Source: an uncultured delta proteobacterium (GTDB taxonomy: Bacteria > Desulfobacterota > Binatia > UBA9968). From it: a DNA stretch of 42,724 nucleotides. The first letter of the stretch is position 1. Each line of letters opens with the position of its first letter. The stretch lies in contig CAWJZV010000005.1 in assembly GCA_963847445.1 (NCBI GenBank), forward strand, positions 1 to 42,724. The letters are read 5' to 3'. Below, one piece after another: positions 9,681-23,064 of the stretch. Made by a program: the position numbers and the translations under genes. The notes beneath the pieces are model-generated. The model saw only the letters and a program-made list of their open reading frames with translations. It did not search any database and was not told the origin of the DNA.

Positions 9681-10876
9681 ATGGACTCGGAGATTTTCAA
9701 CGGCGGCGCTAGCAATGGCCATGCTGACTTAGAAGCGGCGGTGTTGCAGCGCTATGGCAACGCCGCCGAGGAAGTCGAAGCCTGCTTATGCCTGCCGGTG
9801 AGTTACGACAAGGCGTTGCTTAAAGTCATCCCGGACGAGATTATTGAAAAAGACTATGGCTGTGGCGATCCGTCGCGTTACATTCGTCCCGGGGAGACGG
9901 TCCTCGATCTCGGTTCGGGTAGCGGCAAGGCTTGTTACATCATTTCGCAGATCGTCGGCGCCTCAGGCAAAGTCATTGGCGTCGACTTCAATCCGCCGAT
10001 GTTGGAGCTGGCGCGCAAGTACCAGAAGTCTATCGGCGACAAGCTTGGCTTTCACAACGTCGATTTTCGCCGCGGCAAAATCCAAGACTTGCAGACCAAT
10101 CTCGACTTGGTCGATCGACTTTCTGAAAGACAATCCGGTGCGTTCCGTCGCCGATCTGGCCAAGCTTGAAGAGTTCGCAGCCAAGGTGCGTCGCGAGCAG
10201 CCGCTTATTCCCGACGACTCCATCGACGTGATCGTGTCCAACTGCGTGCTCAATCTGGTCCGGCCCGAAGACAAGAAACAATTATTCGCCGAGATGTACC
10301 GCGTGCTCAAGCGCGGCGGCCGGGTCGCGATCTCCGATATCGTCAGCGACGAGGCGGTGCCCGAGCATTTGGCTCAAGGACCCGGCTCTGTGGAGCGCCT
10401 GCGTCTCGGGCTCGTTCCAAGAGGAGGACTTTTTGCGCGCCTTCGAAGACGCCAAATTTCATGGCATTCAGATCGAAGAATTGCGCAGCGGAAGCGTACC
10501 AGACCGTCGAGGGCATCGAGTTTCGCGCTATCACCGTGACCGCGTACAAAGGCAAGGAAGGTCCCTGCATCGAGCGCAATCACGCGGTGATTTACCGCGG
10601 CCCGTGGAAACAAGTGGTTGACGATGACGGCCATACCCTGGAGCGCGGCGCGCGCATGGCGGTGTGCGACAAGACTTTCAAACTTTATTCCCAGGCGCCT
10701 TATGCCGGGCAGTTTATTCTGGTGCCGCCGCGCGAAGAAGTGGCGTTGGAAAACGCCGGCGTCTTCGATTGCTCGCGCGATCACAAACGCCATCCTCGCG
10801 AGACCAAAGGGATGGAGTACAAGGTCACGCAAATCTCCGCTGCGTGTGCGGGCCGGATTCCAATTGCTGTCCGTGA
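9681..10876 (+). CDS. arsM: ArsM-like SAM-dependent (arsenite) methyltransferase (several frameshifts)
   Basis: Motifs [30 protein letters not shown] and C-terminal CC (DSNCCP). Pieced from ORFs 9681, 9844, 10433, 10461 and 10664. Confidence 0.75.
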
Positions 10877-10935
10877 AGTTACCAGGTCAAAATTAGAACA
10901 AGCTGGAAGAGCCCGCGAACTCAGATAGTCTTGCC

Positions 10936-11898
10936 ATGCAACCCTTCGCTGAAAGACTTCATCTCAACGGCAACGGCCTCAAACGCCGGGCTGTCGACGT
11001 GCTGCAGGTGAATCTCGGGCGCTACTGCAACTTGGCGTGCATTCACTGCCATGTCGAAGCGGGACCGACGCGCAAGGAGATGATGAGCCGGGAGAATGTC
11101 GACGCGGTGTTGCGCTTTCTTGGCGCGACGGCAATTCCGACTCTCGATATCACCGGCGGCGCACCGGAGCTGCACGGCGATTTCGACTATCTGGTCGAGT
11201 CGGCGCGCCGGTTAGGCCGGCATGTGATGGATCGCTGCAATCTGACGGTGATCTTCGAGCCGGGCAAGGATTACTTGCCGGAGTTTTTTCGCCGCCATCA
11301 GGTCGAGTTGGTCTGTTCGCTGCCTTGTTATTCCGATCGACAACGTCGACAAGCAACGCGGCAAAGGAACCTTCGACGGCAGCATCCGCGCGCTGCAGAT
11401 TCTTAACCGAAATCGGCTACGGCCAGCCGGACAGCGGCTTGGTGCTCAATCTGGTTTACAATCCGGTGGCACCGCACTTGCCGCCGCCGCAGGAAAAACT
11501 CGAGCAGGACTACAAGCGAATTCTTCTCGATCAGTTCGGCATTGTCTTCAATCGATCTGTTTTGCCTGACCAACATGCCGATCACGCGCTACGCGACGCA
11601 TCTCAAACTGCGCGGCGAGTACGATCCGTACATGGAATTGCTCGAAAGCAACTTCAACGCTGGCACTGTCGATCAAGTGATGTGCCGCAATCTGATCAGC
11701 GTCGGTTGGGACGGTGGGATTTACGACTGCGATTTCAATCAAATGCTCGATCTGCCGGTCGCCGACGGCAGCGGAAAGCCTCTGCACATCGCTTCGCTGA
11801 CGTTGGATCAGCTTACCGAGCCGGCGATTACGCTCGGCGACCATTGTTACGCCTGTACCGCCGGCTCTGGTAGCAGTTGCGGCGGTGCATTAGTTTAA
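10936..11898 (+). CDS. arsS: Arsenosugar-biosynthesis-type radical SAM protein ArsS (three frameshifts)
   Basis: Motifs LQVNLGRYCNLACIHCHVEAGP, SLPCY, MCRNLISV, YDCDFNQML, HCYACTAGSGSSCGGAL. Confidence 0.88.
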
Positions 11899-11989
11899 AC
11901 TCTGGAATCGTTGGATGTCTTGGTGGCCATCACCATCGTTAGTACCGTTAGCGTAGGCGACAAATAAAGTTGCTCCGACTGGTTGAGAT

Positions 11990-12091
11990 CGGAATAGTGA
12001 TTCGGACATCCTTTTGGCCTGGGTGCTCACCTTACCGACAGCGGCGTTCTTGTCCGGCACGAGTTACATAGTATTGAAAAGCTTTATCTAG
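11990..12091 (+). pseudogene. C-terminal relic resembling an inorganic phosphate transporter (PiT family)
   Basis: Translates DILLAWVLTLPTAAFLSGTSYIVLKSFI*, which resembles the PiT terminal-helix motif I..AW..TLP. No start codon. Confidence 0.5.
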
Positions 12092-12188
12092 ACGGTTAGC
12101 TTCCGCCACAACTACAAATGAGGTCGCACCCTTGCGCCGCGTCGGAACGTCTAAGCAGCACTAGATTTTGTCTCACTCAAGGACTGCT

Positions 12189-12897
12189 ATGAAATCGGGT
12201 AAGATCGCTCTCTTGGTGTTTTTAGCCGTGTCTTTGTTCATTGGTTTTTTGTTTCTGCCTATCCGCGCGTGGTTCACGCAGATTCGAAGGCTACGTGCAA
12301 TCGCTGGGCGCCATTGGACCGGTCGTGGTGGTGCTGGCTTATGTGCTCTGCACCGTGCTGTTTGTTCCCGGCAGCGCCATCACCATCGGTTCCGGCACTT
12401 TGTTTGGTCTGTCGACCGGTTTTATCGTCGTCGTGCTCGGCGCCAATCTCGGCGCTCTATGTTCGTTTCTCCTGGCGCGCAGTTTTCTGCGCGAAAAAGT
12501 CACAAGCTGGGCGTCGGCCAATCCGAAATTTCGCTCCCTCGACCAAGCCATCGGCAAGCAGGGTTTCAAGATGGTTTTGCTGACCCGGTTGAGCCCGGTG
12601 TTTCCCTTCGTCCTGCTGAACTATTTGCTCGGCCTCACGGCGGTGCGCACGCCGTCTTATGTGCTGGCGAACTTGCTCGGCATGCTGCCGGCGACTTTCT
12701 TGTTCGTCTATATCGGCGCGGCGGCGCGCGATGCGCTGGCGGGGCAGGTGGATGCGTCGGCGGGTTTCTATCAGACGCTTCTTAAGTATGTCGGCTTGGC
12801 GGCCACGGTGGCGGTGGTTGTCTTCGTCACCCGCATCGCGCGCAAAGCGCTGCGCGAGGCGGAGCAGCAGCAGGAAGGAAACATCATCGACCGGTAA
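12189..12897 (+). CDS. TVP38/TMEM64 (DedA/VTT) membrane protein, probably fused to the downstream flavoprotein
   Basis: Motifs [35 protein letters not shown]; frameshift near 12282. Confidence 0.85.
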
Positions 12898-12940
12898 GCC
12901 GCTGCTCGATCCGCACCACAAACCGGCGGCCTACGATGAA

Positions 12941-14446
<1,506 letters not shown>

Positions 14447-14511
14447 GAAGAGGGTAAGGAGTAAGGGTGAGGAGTAAGGGGTTTCGGATTCGAATTGAGC
14501 TTGGATTTGCA

Positions 14512-15349
14512 ATGGCAGTGTTCAGCGTTCTTGGATATTCGGCACGTCGCAGGCCGCGCCCAAGGCGGAGTTGTGGGCGCGCTGGCAGAAGCATGATCCG
14601 GCGAGTGGGCAGAAGATCGATCATCGAGTCTGGGATCGATTGCTCAAGCAGTATGTCGTCAGCCATCCGTCGGGCATCAACCGGGTGCGCTATCAAGACA
14701 TTCGCGCCGAGGAGCAAAAGCTCTTGAAGAATTATCTCCAGAGCCTGCAAGGGATTTCGATCTCTAGCTATAACCGCAAAGAGCAGCAGGCGTACTGGAT
14801 CAATCTCTACAATGCGCTCACCGTCGACTTGATTCTGTCGCGCTTTCCGGTGGCGTCGATTCGCGACATCAATATCTCTCCCGGCTTACTGGCGCGCGGA
14901 CCTTGGGGCGCCAAGTTGCTCACCGTGGAAGGCGAGAAGCTGTCGCTGGACGACATCGAGCATCGGATTTTGCGGCCGATCTGGCGTGACGAGCGGATTC
15001 ACTATGCGGTCAACTGCGCCAGTTTAGGCTGCCCGAATTTACAGCCGGCGGCTTACACCGGCGAAAATACCGAAGCGCTGCTCGACAAGGGCGCCAGGGA
15101 GTTCATCAACCACTCCCGCGGCGTCGCTGCTCACCGGCGGCAAGCTCAAAGTGTCGAGCATCTATGTCTGGTTCCAAGAAGATTTTGGCGGCGACGCCGA
15201 AGGGCTGATGGAGCACTGGCGAAAGTTACGCCAATCCGCCGCTGGCCGGAGCGCTGGAAAAATACCAGGGCGGCTTGAGTCATGACTATGATTGGCGCTT
15301 GAACGGCGTCGACCTAAAAGCCGTGAGTCAGCGACAGAGGATCCGATGA
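14512..15349 (+). CDS. DUF547 domain protein, secreted (frameshifted)
   Basis: Motifs AYWINLYNALT, SLDDIEHRILR, RIHYAVNCASLGCP, C-terminal YDWRLN. Stop overlaps the next ATG. Confidence 0.85.
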
Positions 15350-16023
15350 ACATCTCCGTCATCGTGCCGGTGCTCAACGAAGAAAAATCCATCGCCGCGA
15401 CCTTGCAGGCGCTGGCGCCGCTTCAACCCTACGAAACCATCGTTGTCGACGGCGGCAGCCAGGACCGAACGGCAGAGATCGCCGCCGAGTGCGGCGTCAA
15501 AGTAATCCCGTCGGAGCGCGGCCGGGCGCGCCAGATGAATCGCGGCGCGCGGCAGGCGAGCGGCGATGTCTTGTTATTTCTCCACGCTGACACGCGTTTG
15601 CCGCCAACGGCGTTCAGCGATATCGCCGGCGCGATGGGCGATCCGCGCTATGTCGGCGGCCGCTTCGATGTCGAGCTCGATGGTAAGCACTGGATGTTGC
15701 CGCTGGTCGGACGGCTGATCAGCTATCGCTCGCGGCTATCCAAAGTCGCCACTGGCGATCAGGCGCTGTTCGTGCGCCGCGCAGTGTTCCAGCGCATGGG
15801 CGGTTTCGCGGACATTCCACTGATGGAAGACATCGCGTTCTGCCGCGCGCTCAAGGGGCTGGGCGAAGTCGCCTGCCTGCGCAGCCGGGTGGTGACCTCG
15901 GCGCGCCGTTGGGAAGTGGACGGCGTGTGGCGGACGATTTTTCGCATGTGGACGCTGAAGCTACTCTATCTCAGCGGTGTTTCGCCGGCCCGCTTGAAAC
16001 AGTTCTATGCCGACACACGTTAA
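15346..16023 (+). CDS. GT2 glycosyltransferase, TIGR04283-type (arsenosugar cluster)
   Basis: Motifs ISVIVPVLNEE, VDGGSQD, GRARQMN, FLHADT, GDQALF, PLMED, TSARRW. Confidence 0.88.
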   Translation: MNISVIVPVLNEEKSIAATLQALAPLQPYETIVVDGGSQDRTAEIAAECGVKVIPSERGRARQMNRGARQASGDVLLFLHADTRLPPTAFSDIAGAMGDPRYVGGRFDVELDGKHWMLPLVGRLISYRSRLSKVATGDQALFVRRAVFQRMGGFADIPLMEDIAFCRALKGLGEVACLRSRVVTSARRWEVDGVWRTIFRMWTLKLLYLSGVSPARLKQFYADTR

Positions 16024-16703
16024 CGCGCTTGCCATCCTGGCCAAGGCACCGGTGGCGGGAACGGTGAAGACCCGCTTGGTGCCGCCGTTGACGCCGGCGC
16101 AGGCGGCGGAGTTCTATCGCGCGCTGCTGCTCGATCAATTCGACCATTTGAGAAATTTCGCGAGCGCCGAGCGCTATGTGTTTTACGCGCCAGCCGACGC
16201 CGAAAATGTTCTGCGGGAGCTCGCCGGCGCCGGTTATGTTTATCTGGCGCAATCCGATGGCGATCTCGGCGCGCGCATGGCGCAAGTCTTCGCCGATCTT
16301 TGGCACCTGGGACATCGTAACATCGTTCTCATCGGCAGCGATTTGCCGGCTTTGCCTTGGGCGATTCTTGACGAAGCAATTAGTCGGTTGGCGAAAGCCA
16401 GAGCGGCGGGTGGTCTTGGGACCGAGCCGGGACGGCGGTTATTATCTTGTCGGCATGAATCGACCGACGCCGGAGATATTCGCCAACATGACCTGGAGCC
16501 ATGACCGGGTTTTCGCTGACACGATCGCGCGACTCGACGCGCTTAGCCTGCCCTATAGCGTGCTGCCGACTTGGTTCGACCTCGACGTGGCCGAAGATTT
16601 TCACCGATTGTGGCAATTGCCGAAGTCGGAGTTGCGCGCAGGGCTGAGCCGGACCTTGGCTTGCTTGGAAAAGTTCGGTTTTTCACCTGCGTCAAAAGTC
16701 TGA
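16007..16703 (+). CDS. DUF2064/TIGR04282-type transferase (frameshift near 16400)
   Basis: Motifs [44 protein letters not shown]. Confidence 0.88.
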
Positions 16704-16845
16704 CGGTGGCAGGTTACATTTCCATGACAAACTGTCGATTAGTTCGACTATGTTGCTGACCTGGGCGAACGAAAGTGATAAAAGTAATGCAGATACGCAT
16801 GCGACCAACCCGTCCGGAACGCTCCGGTTAGAACAGGCAGATCCT

Positions 16846-18901
16846 ATGAACCAGTCGATCGATCAGTTGTCCATCAATACCATCCGCACTTTGTCCATGG
16901 ACGCGGTGCAGCAGGCCAACTCCGGTCACCCCGGCACGCCGATGTCGATGGCGCCGGTGATGTACGGCCTGTGGCAGCGCCATTTAAAATATGACCCCGC
17001 CGATCCGCTGTGGCCCAATCGCGACCGCTTCGTGCTGTCCATCGGCCATGCCTCGATGCTGCTCTATTCGACGTTGTATTTGGCCGGCGTGCGCGCGCTG
17101 GATTCGCGATCAACAGGTGCTCAATCAGCCGACGCTGACCCTCGACGATCTAAAAAACTTTCGCCAACTCGACAGCAAAACGCCCGGCCATCCGGAGTTC
17201 GGCCTCACCGCCGGCGTCGAGACCACCACCGGGCCGCTCGGCCAGGGCGTGGCTAACAGCGTCGGCATGGCGATCGCATCGAAATGGCTCGGCAGCTATT
17301 TCAACCGGCCCGGCTTCGAACTGTTCGATTACGCTGTTTACGCGCTGTGCGGCGACGGCGATATGATGGAAGGGATCAGCAGCGAAGCGGCGTCGCTCGC
17401 CGGCCATTTGAAACTGGGCAATCTTTGCTGGATCTACGACAGCAACCGGATCTCCATCGAAGGCAGCACCAGCTTGGCGCTGTCGGAAGATGTCGGCAAA
17501 CGTTTCGAGGCCTATGGCTGGAACGTTTTACATGTCGCCGATGCCAACGACCAGGCCGCCCTCGATGGGGCGCTGGGAAACTTCCGCCAGTGCAAGGACC
17601 GGCCGACGTTTATCGTAATCGAAAGCCATATCGCCTTTGGCGCGCCGACCAAGCAGGACACCGCCGCCGCTCATGGCGAGCCGCTGGGCGATGGCGAGAT
17701 CAAACTGACCAAGAAAAACTATGGCTGGCCGGAGGACGAGAAGTTTTTCGTCCCCGAGGGGGTGCAGGAGAATTTTGCAACGGGTTCTCGGCAAACGCGG
17801 CCGCGCGCTGCGCGACGAGTGGACCGGGAAGTTTGCCGAGTACCAGAAAAAATACCCCGAACTCGCCGAGCAATTGACGACCATGCAGCGGCGCGAACTG
17901 CCGGCGGGTTGGGACAAGGAATTGAGCGAATATCCGGCCGATCCAAAGGGCCAAGCGACGCGTGATTCTTCCGGCAAAGTTTTGAACGCCATCGCCAAGC
18001 AGGTTCCTTGGCTGATGGGCGGCTCGGCCGATCTTGCGCCATCGACTAAGACGCGCCTGACTTTTGACGGCGCCGGCGATTTCGCCGCCGGCAGTTACGG
18101 CGCGCGCAATTTTCACTTCGGCGTGCGCGAGCATGTCATGGCGGCGATCGTCAACGGCATGTCGCTGTGCGGCGTGCGCGCTTACGGTTCCGGATTTCTC
18201 ATTTTCAGCGATTACGCTCGACCGGCGATCCGGCTCGGCGGCGATTATGGAGATTCCCGCGATTCACGTCTTCACCCATGACTCCATCGGCGTCGGTGAA
18301 GACGGGCCGACACATCAGCCGGTGGAGCAGCTGGCGTCGCTACGGGCGATTCCAGGTCTGATTACGCTTCGCCCTGGCGGATGCTAACGAAGTGGTCGAG
18401 GCCTGGCGCGTGATCATGGCGCTCAAACATGAGCCGGTGGCGCTGGCGTTGACGCGCCAGCCATTGCCGACCTTGGACCGGACCAAGTACGGCGCCGCCG
18501 CCGGCTTGGCTAAGGGCGCGTATATCTTGGCCGACGCTGACGGCGGCAAGCCGCAGGTGATTTTGATCGGCACCGGCAGCGAAGTTTATTTGTGCGTCGA
18601 AGCCTACGAGCAGCTCAAAAAAGACGGCATCCAGGCGCGCGTCGTCAGCATGCCGTCATGGGAATTGTTCGAGCGCCAGAGCAAGGAATATCGCGAACAG
18701 GTGCTGCCTGCGGCGGTGCGCGCGCGCGTCGCCGTCGAGCAAGGCGTGGCCATGGGCTGGGCAAAATATGTCGGCATGACCGGCGCGGTGATCGGCATGA
18801 AAAGTTTCGGCGCGTCGGCGCCGTTTGGACAATTACAGAAAAAGTTCGGCTTTACCGTGGAAAACATTGTCGCCGCGGCCAAAGCGCAATTGCCAGGGTA
18901 A
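16846..18901 (+). CDS. tkt: Transketolase (about four frameshifts)
   Basis: Motifs [52 protein letters not shown]. Confidence 0.95.
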
Positions 18902-18903
18902 GC

Positions 18904-19353
18904 ATGCGCATTGCCATCGGCGCCGATCACGCGGGCTTCGATTTAAAGCAAATTCTCGCCGCCTATCTGCGTCACCATGGCCATGAGGTCATCGACAAAG
19001 GGACCGATAGCGACCAGCCGGTGGATTATCCCGACTTCGCCGAAGCGGTCGGCAATGCCGTGCTGGCGGGCGCAGCGGAACGCGGCGTGCTGGTCTGCGG
19101 CAGCGGTGTCGGCGCCTCGGTCTCGGCGAACAAGATCCCGGGGATCCGCGCCGGATTGTGCCATGACACTTATTCGGCACACCAGGGCGTCGAGCATGAT
19201 GACATGAATATTCTCGTGCTCGGGGCAAGAATTATCGGCGTCGAAATGGCGCGTGAGTTGGTCGATCGATTTTTAGCGGCGAAATTCAACGGCGAAGAAC
19301 GACACCGCAGACGCGTCGACAAAATATCGGCGCCTGGAGCAGCGTTACGGTAA
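18904..19353 (+). CDS. rpiB: Ribose-5-phosphate isomerase B (true end may be 19363)
   Basis: Motifs [36 protein letters not shown]. Confidence 0.95.
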   Translation: MRIAIGADHAGFDLKQILAAYLRHHGHEVIDKGTDSDQPVDYPDFAEAVGNAVLAGAAERGVLVCGSGVGASVSANKIPGIRAGLCHDTYSAHQGVEHDDMNILVLGARIIGVEMARELVDRFLAAKFNGEERHRRRVDKISAPGAALR

Positions 19354-19375
19354 GACAGCCTGAGGGAGAACTAGC

Positions 19376-22131
19376 ATGAATCCATTGAAAGAACTCGGCG
19401 GCCAGGGACAGTCGATCTGGCTCGATTACATCCGGCGCAACTTGATTCGCAGCGGCGAGTTGAAGCGCATGGTTGACGACGACGGCATCCGCGGCGTCAC
19501 CAGCAATCCAACGATCTTTGAAAAAGCCATCGCCGGCAGCACGGACTACGACGAGGCGCTTCGCGCCATGTTGGCGCGGGACGGCAATGCGGACGTGGAA
19601 AAACTCTACGAGCCGCTGGCCATCGAAGACATCCAGATGGCAGCTGACGTGCTGCGCCCGGTTTACGATGCCAGCAACGGCGACGACGGCTACGTCAGCC
19701 TCGAAGTGTCGCCCCATTTGGCCCATGACACCGCAGGGACGATCGCCGCGGCCAAGCGGCTGCGGGCCGCGGTCGACCGGCCCAACCTGATGATCAAGGT
19801 GCCGGCGACGCCCGCCGGCATTCCCGCCATCGAGCAGCTGATCGCCGACGGACTGAGCATCAACGTCACCTTGATGTTTTCCATGAGCCACTATGAGGCG
19901 GTGGCGCACGCCTACGTGAAAGGTTTGGAACGGTGCGCGACGCCGGCCAAGGTCGCCTCGGTGGCGTCGTTTTTCGTCAGCCGGGTCGACAGCGCGGTCG
20001 ACAATGAACTGGCAAAAATCGGCACGGCGGAAGCGCAGGCGATGTGCCGGCAAAATCGCCATCGCCAATTCCAAAGTCGTCTATCGCCGCTTCATGGAGA
20101 TCTTTCACGGCGAAGGTTTCGCGTCGCTGCGCAGCCGCGGCGCGCGCGTGCAGCGGCCGCTGTGGGCGAGCACCGGAACTAAAAATCCGGCTTATTCCGA
20201 CGTTCTTTACGTCGAGAATCTCATCGGCCCGGAAACCGTCAACACGTTACCGCCGGATACCATCAACGCTTTTCGCGATCACGGCAAGATTCCCGGTGCG
20301 ACGGTGAAAACTGGTGTTCGACGATGCCGATGCCGCTCTGGCGACCTTGGCGAAGCTTGGCATCAGTCTCGATAGGATCACGGAGAAGTTGCAAGTTGAC
20401 GGCGTGGCGTCGTTCTCAGCTTCCTTCGATCAGTTAATGGCGGCGTTGGAGAAAAAGCGCCAGGCGATGGCCGGCGCCGTCTTGAATCATCAAGAGCTCC
20501 ACCTCGGCAAATCCCTTAAGCGCGTCGAAAAACGGCTCAAGGACTGGCAGACGGCTCAAGTCGGCAAACGTATCTGGGAAAAAGATCACAAAGTCTGGTC
20601 AAAGGATGTGCAGCCGGAACTGACCGATCGTCTGGGTTGGCTCGAGCTACCGGAAACCATGGCGAACGAAGTCGCCGCGCTCAGCGCGTTCGCCGACAAG
20701 GCCAAGGCTGACGGCATGAAACATGTTGTGCTGCTTGGCATGGGAGGATCGAGCTTGGCGCCGGAAGTGTTTCAAGAGACTTTTGGAAATGCGCCGGGCT
20801 ATCCGAAGTTGCGGGTCCTCGACAGTACCCATCCGGCGGCGGTTCAAGCCGTCGAGAACGGCATCGACTTGGCGCACACGGTCTTTCTCGTCTCGAGCAA
20901 GTCCGGCACGACCACGGAGACAAACTCGTTTTTCTTTTACTTCTGGGACAAACTGAAGAAGCTTGGCGCCGATCCCGGCCGGCACTTTGTCGCCATCACC
21001 GATCCGGGCACGCCGTTGGAGCAGCTCGCCAAAGAGAGAAATTTTCGTGGGACTTTTAATGCGCCGGCGGAAGTCGGCGGGCGCTATTCGGCGCTAACCA
21101 TGTTCGGGTTGGTGCCGGCGGCTTTGATCGGTGTCGATATCGGCGCCGTGCTGGCACGGGCGCGGCGTATGAGCGCCGCCTGCGGCGCCGCGGTCGCTGA
21201 CGGAAGCAATCCCGCGCTCGTTCTTGGCGCCGCGTTGGCCGAGTTGACGTTGGCCAAGCGCGATAAGGTCACGTTCATTTGCTCGCCATCGCTTGGCGCA
21301 TTTCCCTCCTGGGCCGAACAATTGATCGCGGAGAGCATGGGCAAAGAAAACAAGGGTATCGTGCCGGTGGCCAATGAAAACCTGGCGCCGCCGGAAAAAT
21401 ACGGCGCAGATCGTTTTTTCATTTATCTTCGTCTCGCCAGCGATAGCAATCACGACCTCGACCGCCAAGTGGCAGCGCTGGAAGCCAATGGCCATCCGCT
21501 GGCGCGCATCGATTTGTCTGACAAATTTGATATCGGCCAGGAGTTTTTCCGCTGGGAATTCGCCGTGGCGGCGGCCGGCGCGGTGCTCGGCATCAACCCG
21601 TTCAACCAGCCCGATGTGCAGCTGGCGAAAGACCTATCGAAGAAAGCCATGAGTGAGAGCGCTGGCGGCGGTGCTAAGTTGAAAGACGAGGTCGCCGCCA
21701 GCGATTCCGCTGTGCTGGAAAAGACGGTCGGCGCGTGGCTTGGCAAGAAAAAGCCGCGGGACTACGTCGTCGTGCAGGCTTACATTGCGCCGTCGCGGGA
21801 AAATAGCGCGAAGCTGGCGGCGCTCTGCGCTGCCCTGCAAAGCCGCCTTGGCGTAGCCACGACCTTAGGATTTGGCCCGCGCTTCCTTCACTCCACCGGT
21901 CAGCTCCATAAGGGCGGACCCAATTCGGCGCTGGTGCTGCAGATCGTCGACCAACCGACCGATAATCTAGCTGTACCGGAGACAAGCTATACCTTTGACG
22001 CCCTGATTCAGGCGCAAGCGATCGGCGATTTTACCGCGCTGAAACAAAGACGGCGGCGCGCGCTCCGCGTCAATCTCGGCGGCGACACGACCGGCGGTTT
22101 AGAGCGCTTGGCAGCGGCGCTGCAAAAATAA
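19376..22131 (+). CDS. tal-pgi: Bifunctional transaldolase/glucose-6-phosphate isomerase (frameshifts near 20045 and 20315)
   Basis: Tal motifs [30 protein letters not shown]. Pgi motifs [32 protein letters not shown]. Confidence 0.9.
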
Positions 22132-22161
22132 CTCAGCTTCTCCAGGGAAGGAGAACAAACG

Positions 22162-23058
22162 ATGGAATTGGGTATGATCGGCTTAGGCCGAATGGGCGCC
22201 AACATGACCGAGCGGCTGGTGCGCGGCGGCCACAAGGTGATTACTTACGACCGCAGCGCCGAGGCGATTCAAAGAGTCGTCGACAAAGGCGCGGTAGGCG
22301 CTCGTTCGCTCGCCGACTTCGTCAAGCAACTATCTTTGCCGCGGGCGATTTGGCTGATGGTGCCGTCGGGCGATGCGGTGGATCAGACCATCGAGCAGTT
22401 ACTGCCAAGCTTGACCGAAGGCGACATTATCATCGACGGCGGCAACTCCAATTACAAAGACTCCATCCGGCGCGCCGAAAAACTTAAGCAGCACAAGCTC
22501 CACTTCGTCGACGCCGGCACCAGCGGCGGCATCTGGGGGCTGCAAAACGGCTACTGCATGATGGTCGGCGGCGAGAAGGAAATCGTCAACCGCTTGGAGC
22601 CGATCTTTCTCACCCTGGCACCGAAGGATGGTTATCTGCACGTCGGCCCGAACGGCGCCGGTCATTTCGTCAAGATGGTTCATAACGGCATCGAGTACGG
22701 CATGATGCAGGCTTATGGCGAAGGTTTCGAGCTGCTAAAAGCGTCGCAGTTCGATGTCGATTTGGCAAAAGTTTCGCGCCTGTGGAATCAGGGCAGTGTG
22801 GTGCGCTCTTGGCTCCTTGAGCTGTGCCAGAGCGCATTCGAAAAAGATCCCAAGCTCGATGGCATCAAAGGTTATGTCGACGACTCCGGCGAAGGGCGTT
22901 GGACGGTCATCGAAGCGATCGAGCGGGGAGTTGCCGCGCCGGTGTTGGCGCATTCGCTGTTCGCGCGCTTCTCGTCGCGCCAGCAGGACGCCTTTTCCAA
23001 CAAAGTCATTGCCGCTCTGCGCAACGAATTCGGCGGTCATGCGGTAAAAAAGGGGTGA
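22162..23058 (+). CDS. gnd: 6-phosphogluconate dehydrogenase, decarboxylating (short type)
   Basis: Motifs GLGRMG, DGGNS, GHFVKMVHNGIEYG, DSGEGRW, RNEFGGH. Confidence 0.95.
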   Translation: MELGMIGLGRMGANMTERLVRGGHKVITYDRSAEAIQRVVDKGAVGARSLADFVKQLSLPRAIWLMVPSGDAVDQTIEQLLPSLTEGDIIIDGGNSNYKDSIRRAEKLKQHKLHFVDAGTSGGIWGLQNGYCMMVGGEKEIVNRLEPIFLTLAPKDGYLHVGPNGAGHFVKMVHNGIEYGMMQAYGEGFELLKASQFDVDLAKVSRLWNQGSVVRSWLLELCQSAFEKDPKLDGIKGYVDDSGEGRWTVIEAIERGVAAPVLAHSLFARFSSRQQDAFSNKVIAALRNEFGGHAVKKG

Positions 23059-23064
23059 TCGCCG

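Noticed and set aside
11860-11898. Selenocysteine in ArsS or readthrough of the arsM TGA
   Set aside because: The ArsS motif uses TGC. Readthrough of the arsM TGA is out of frame with arsS and no SECIS-like hairpin is evident.
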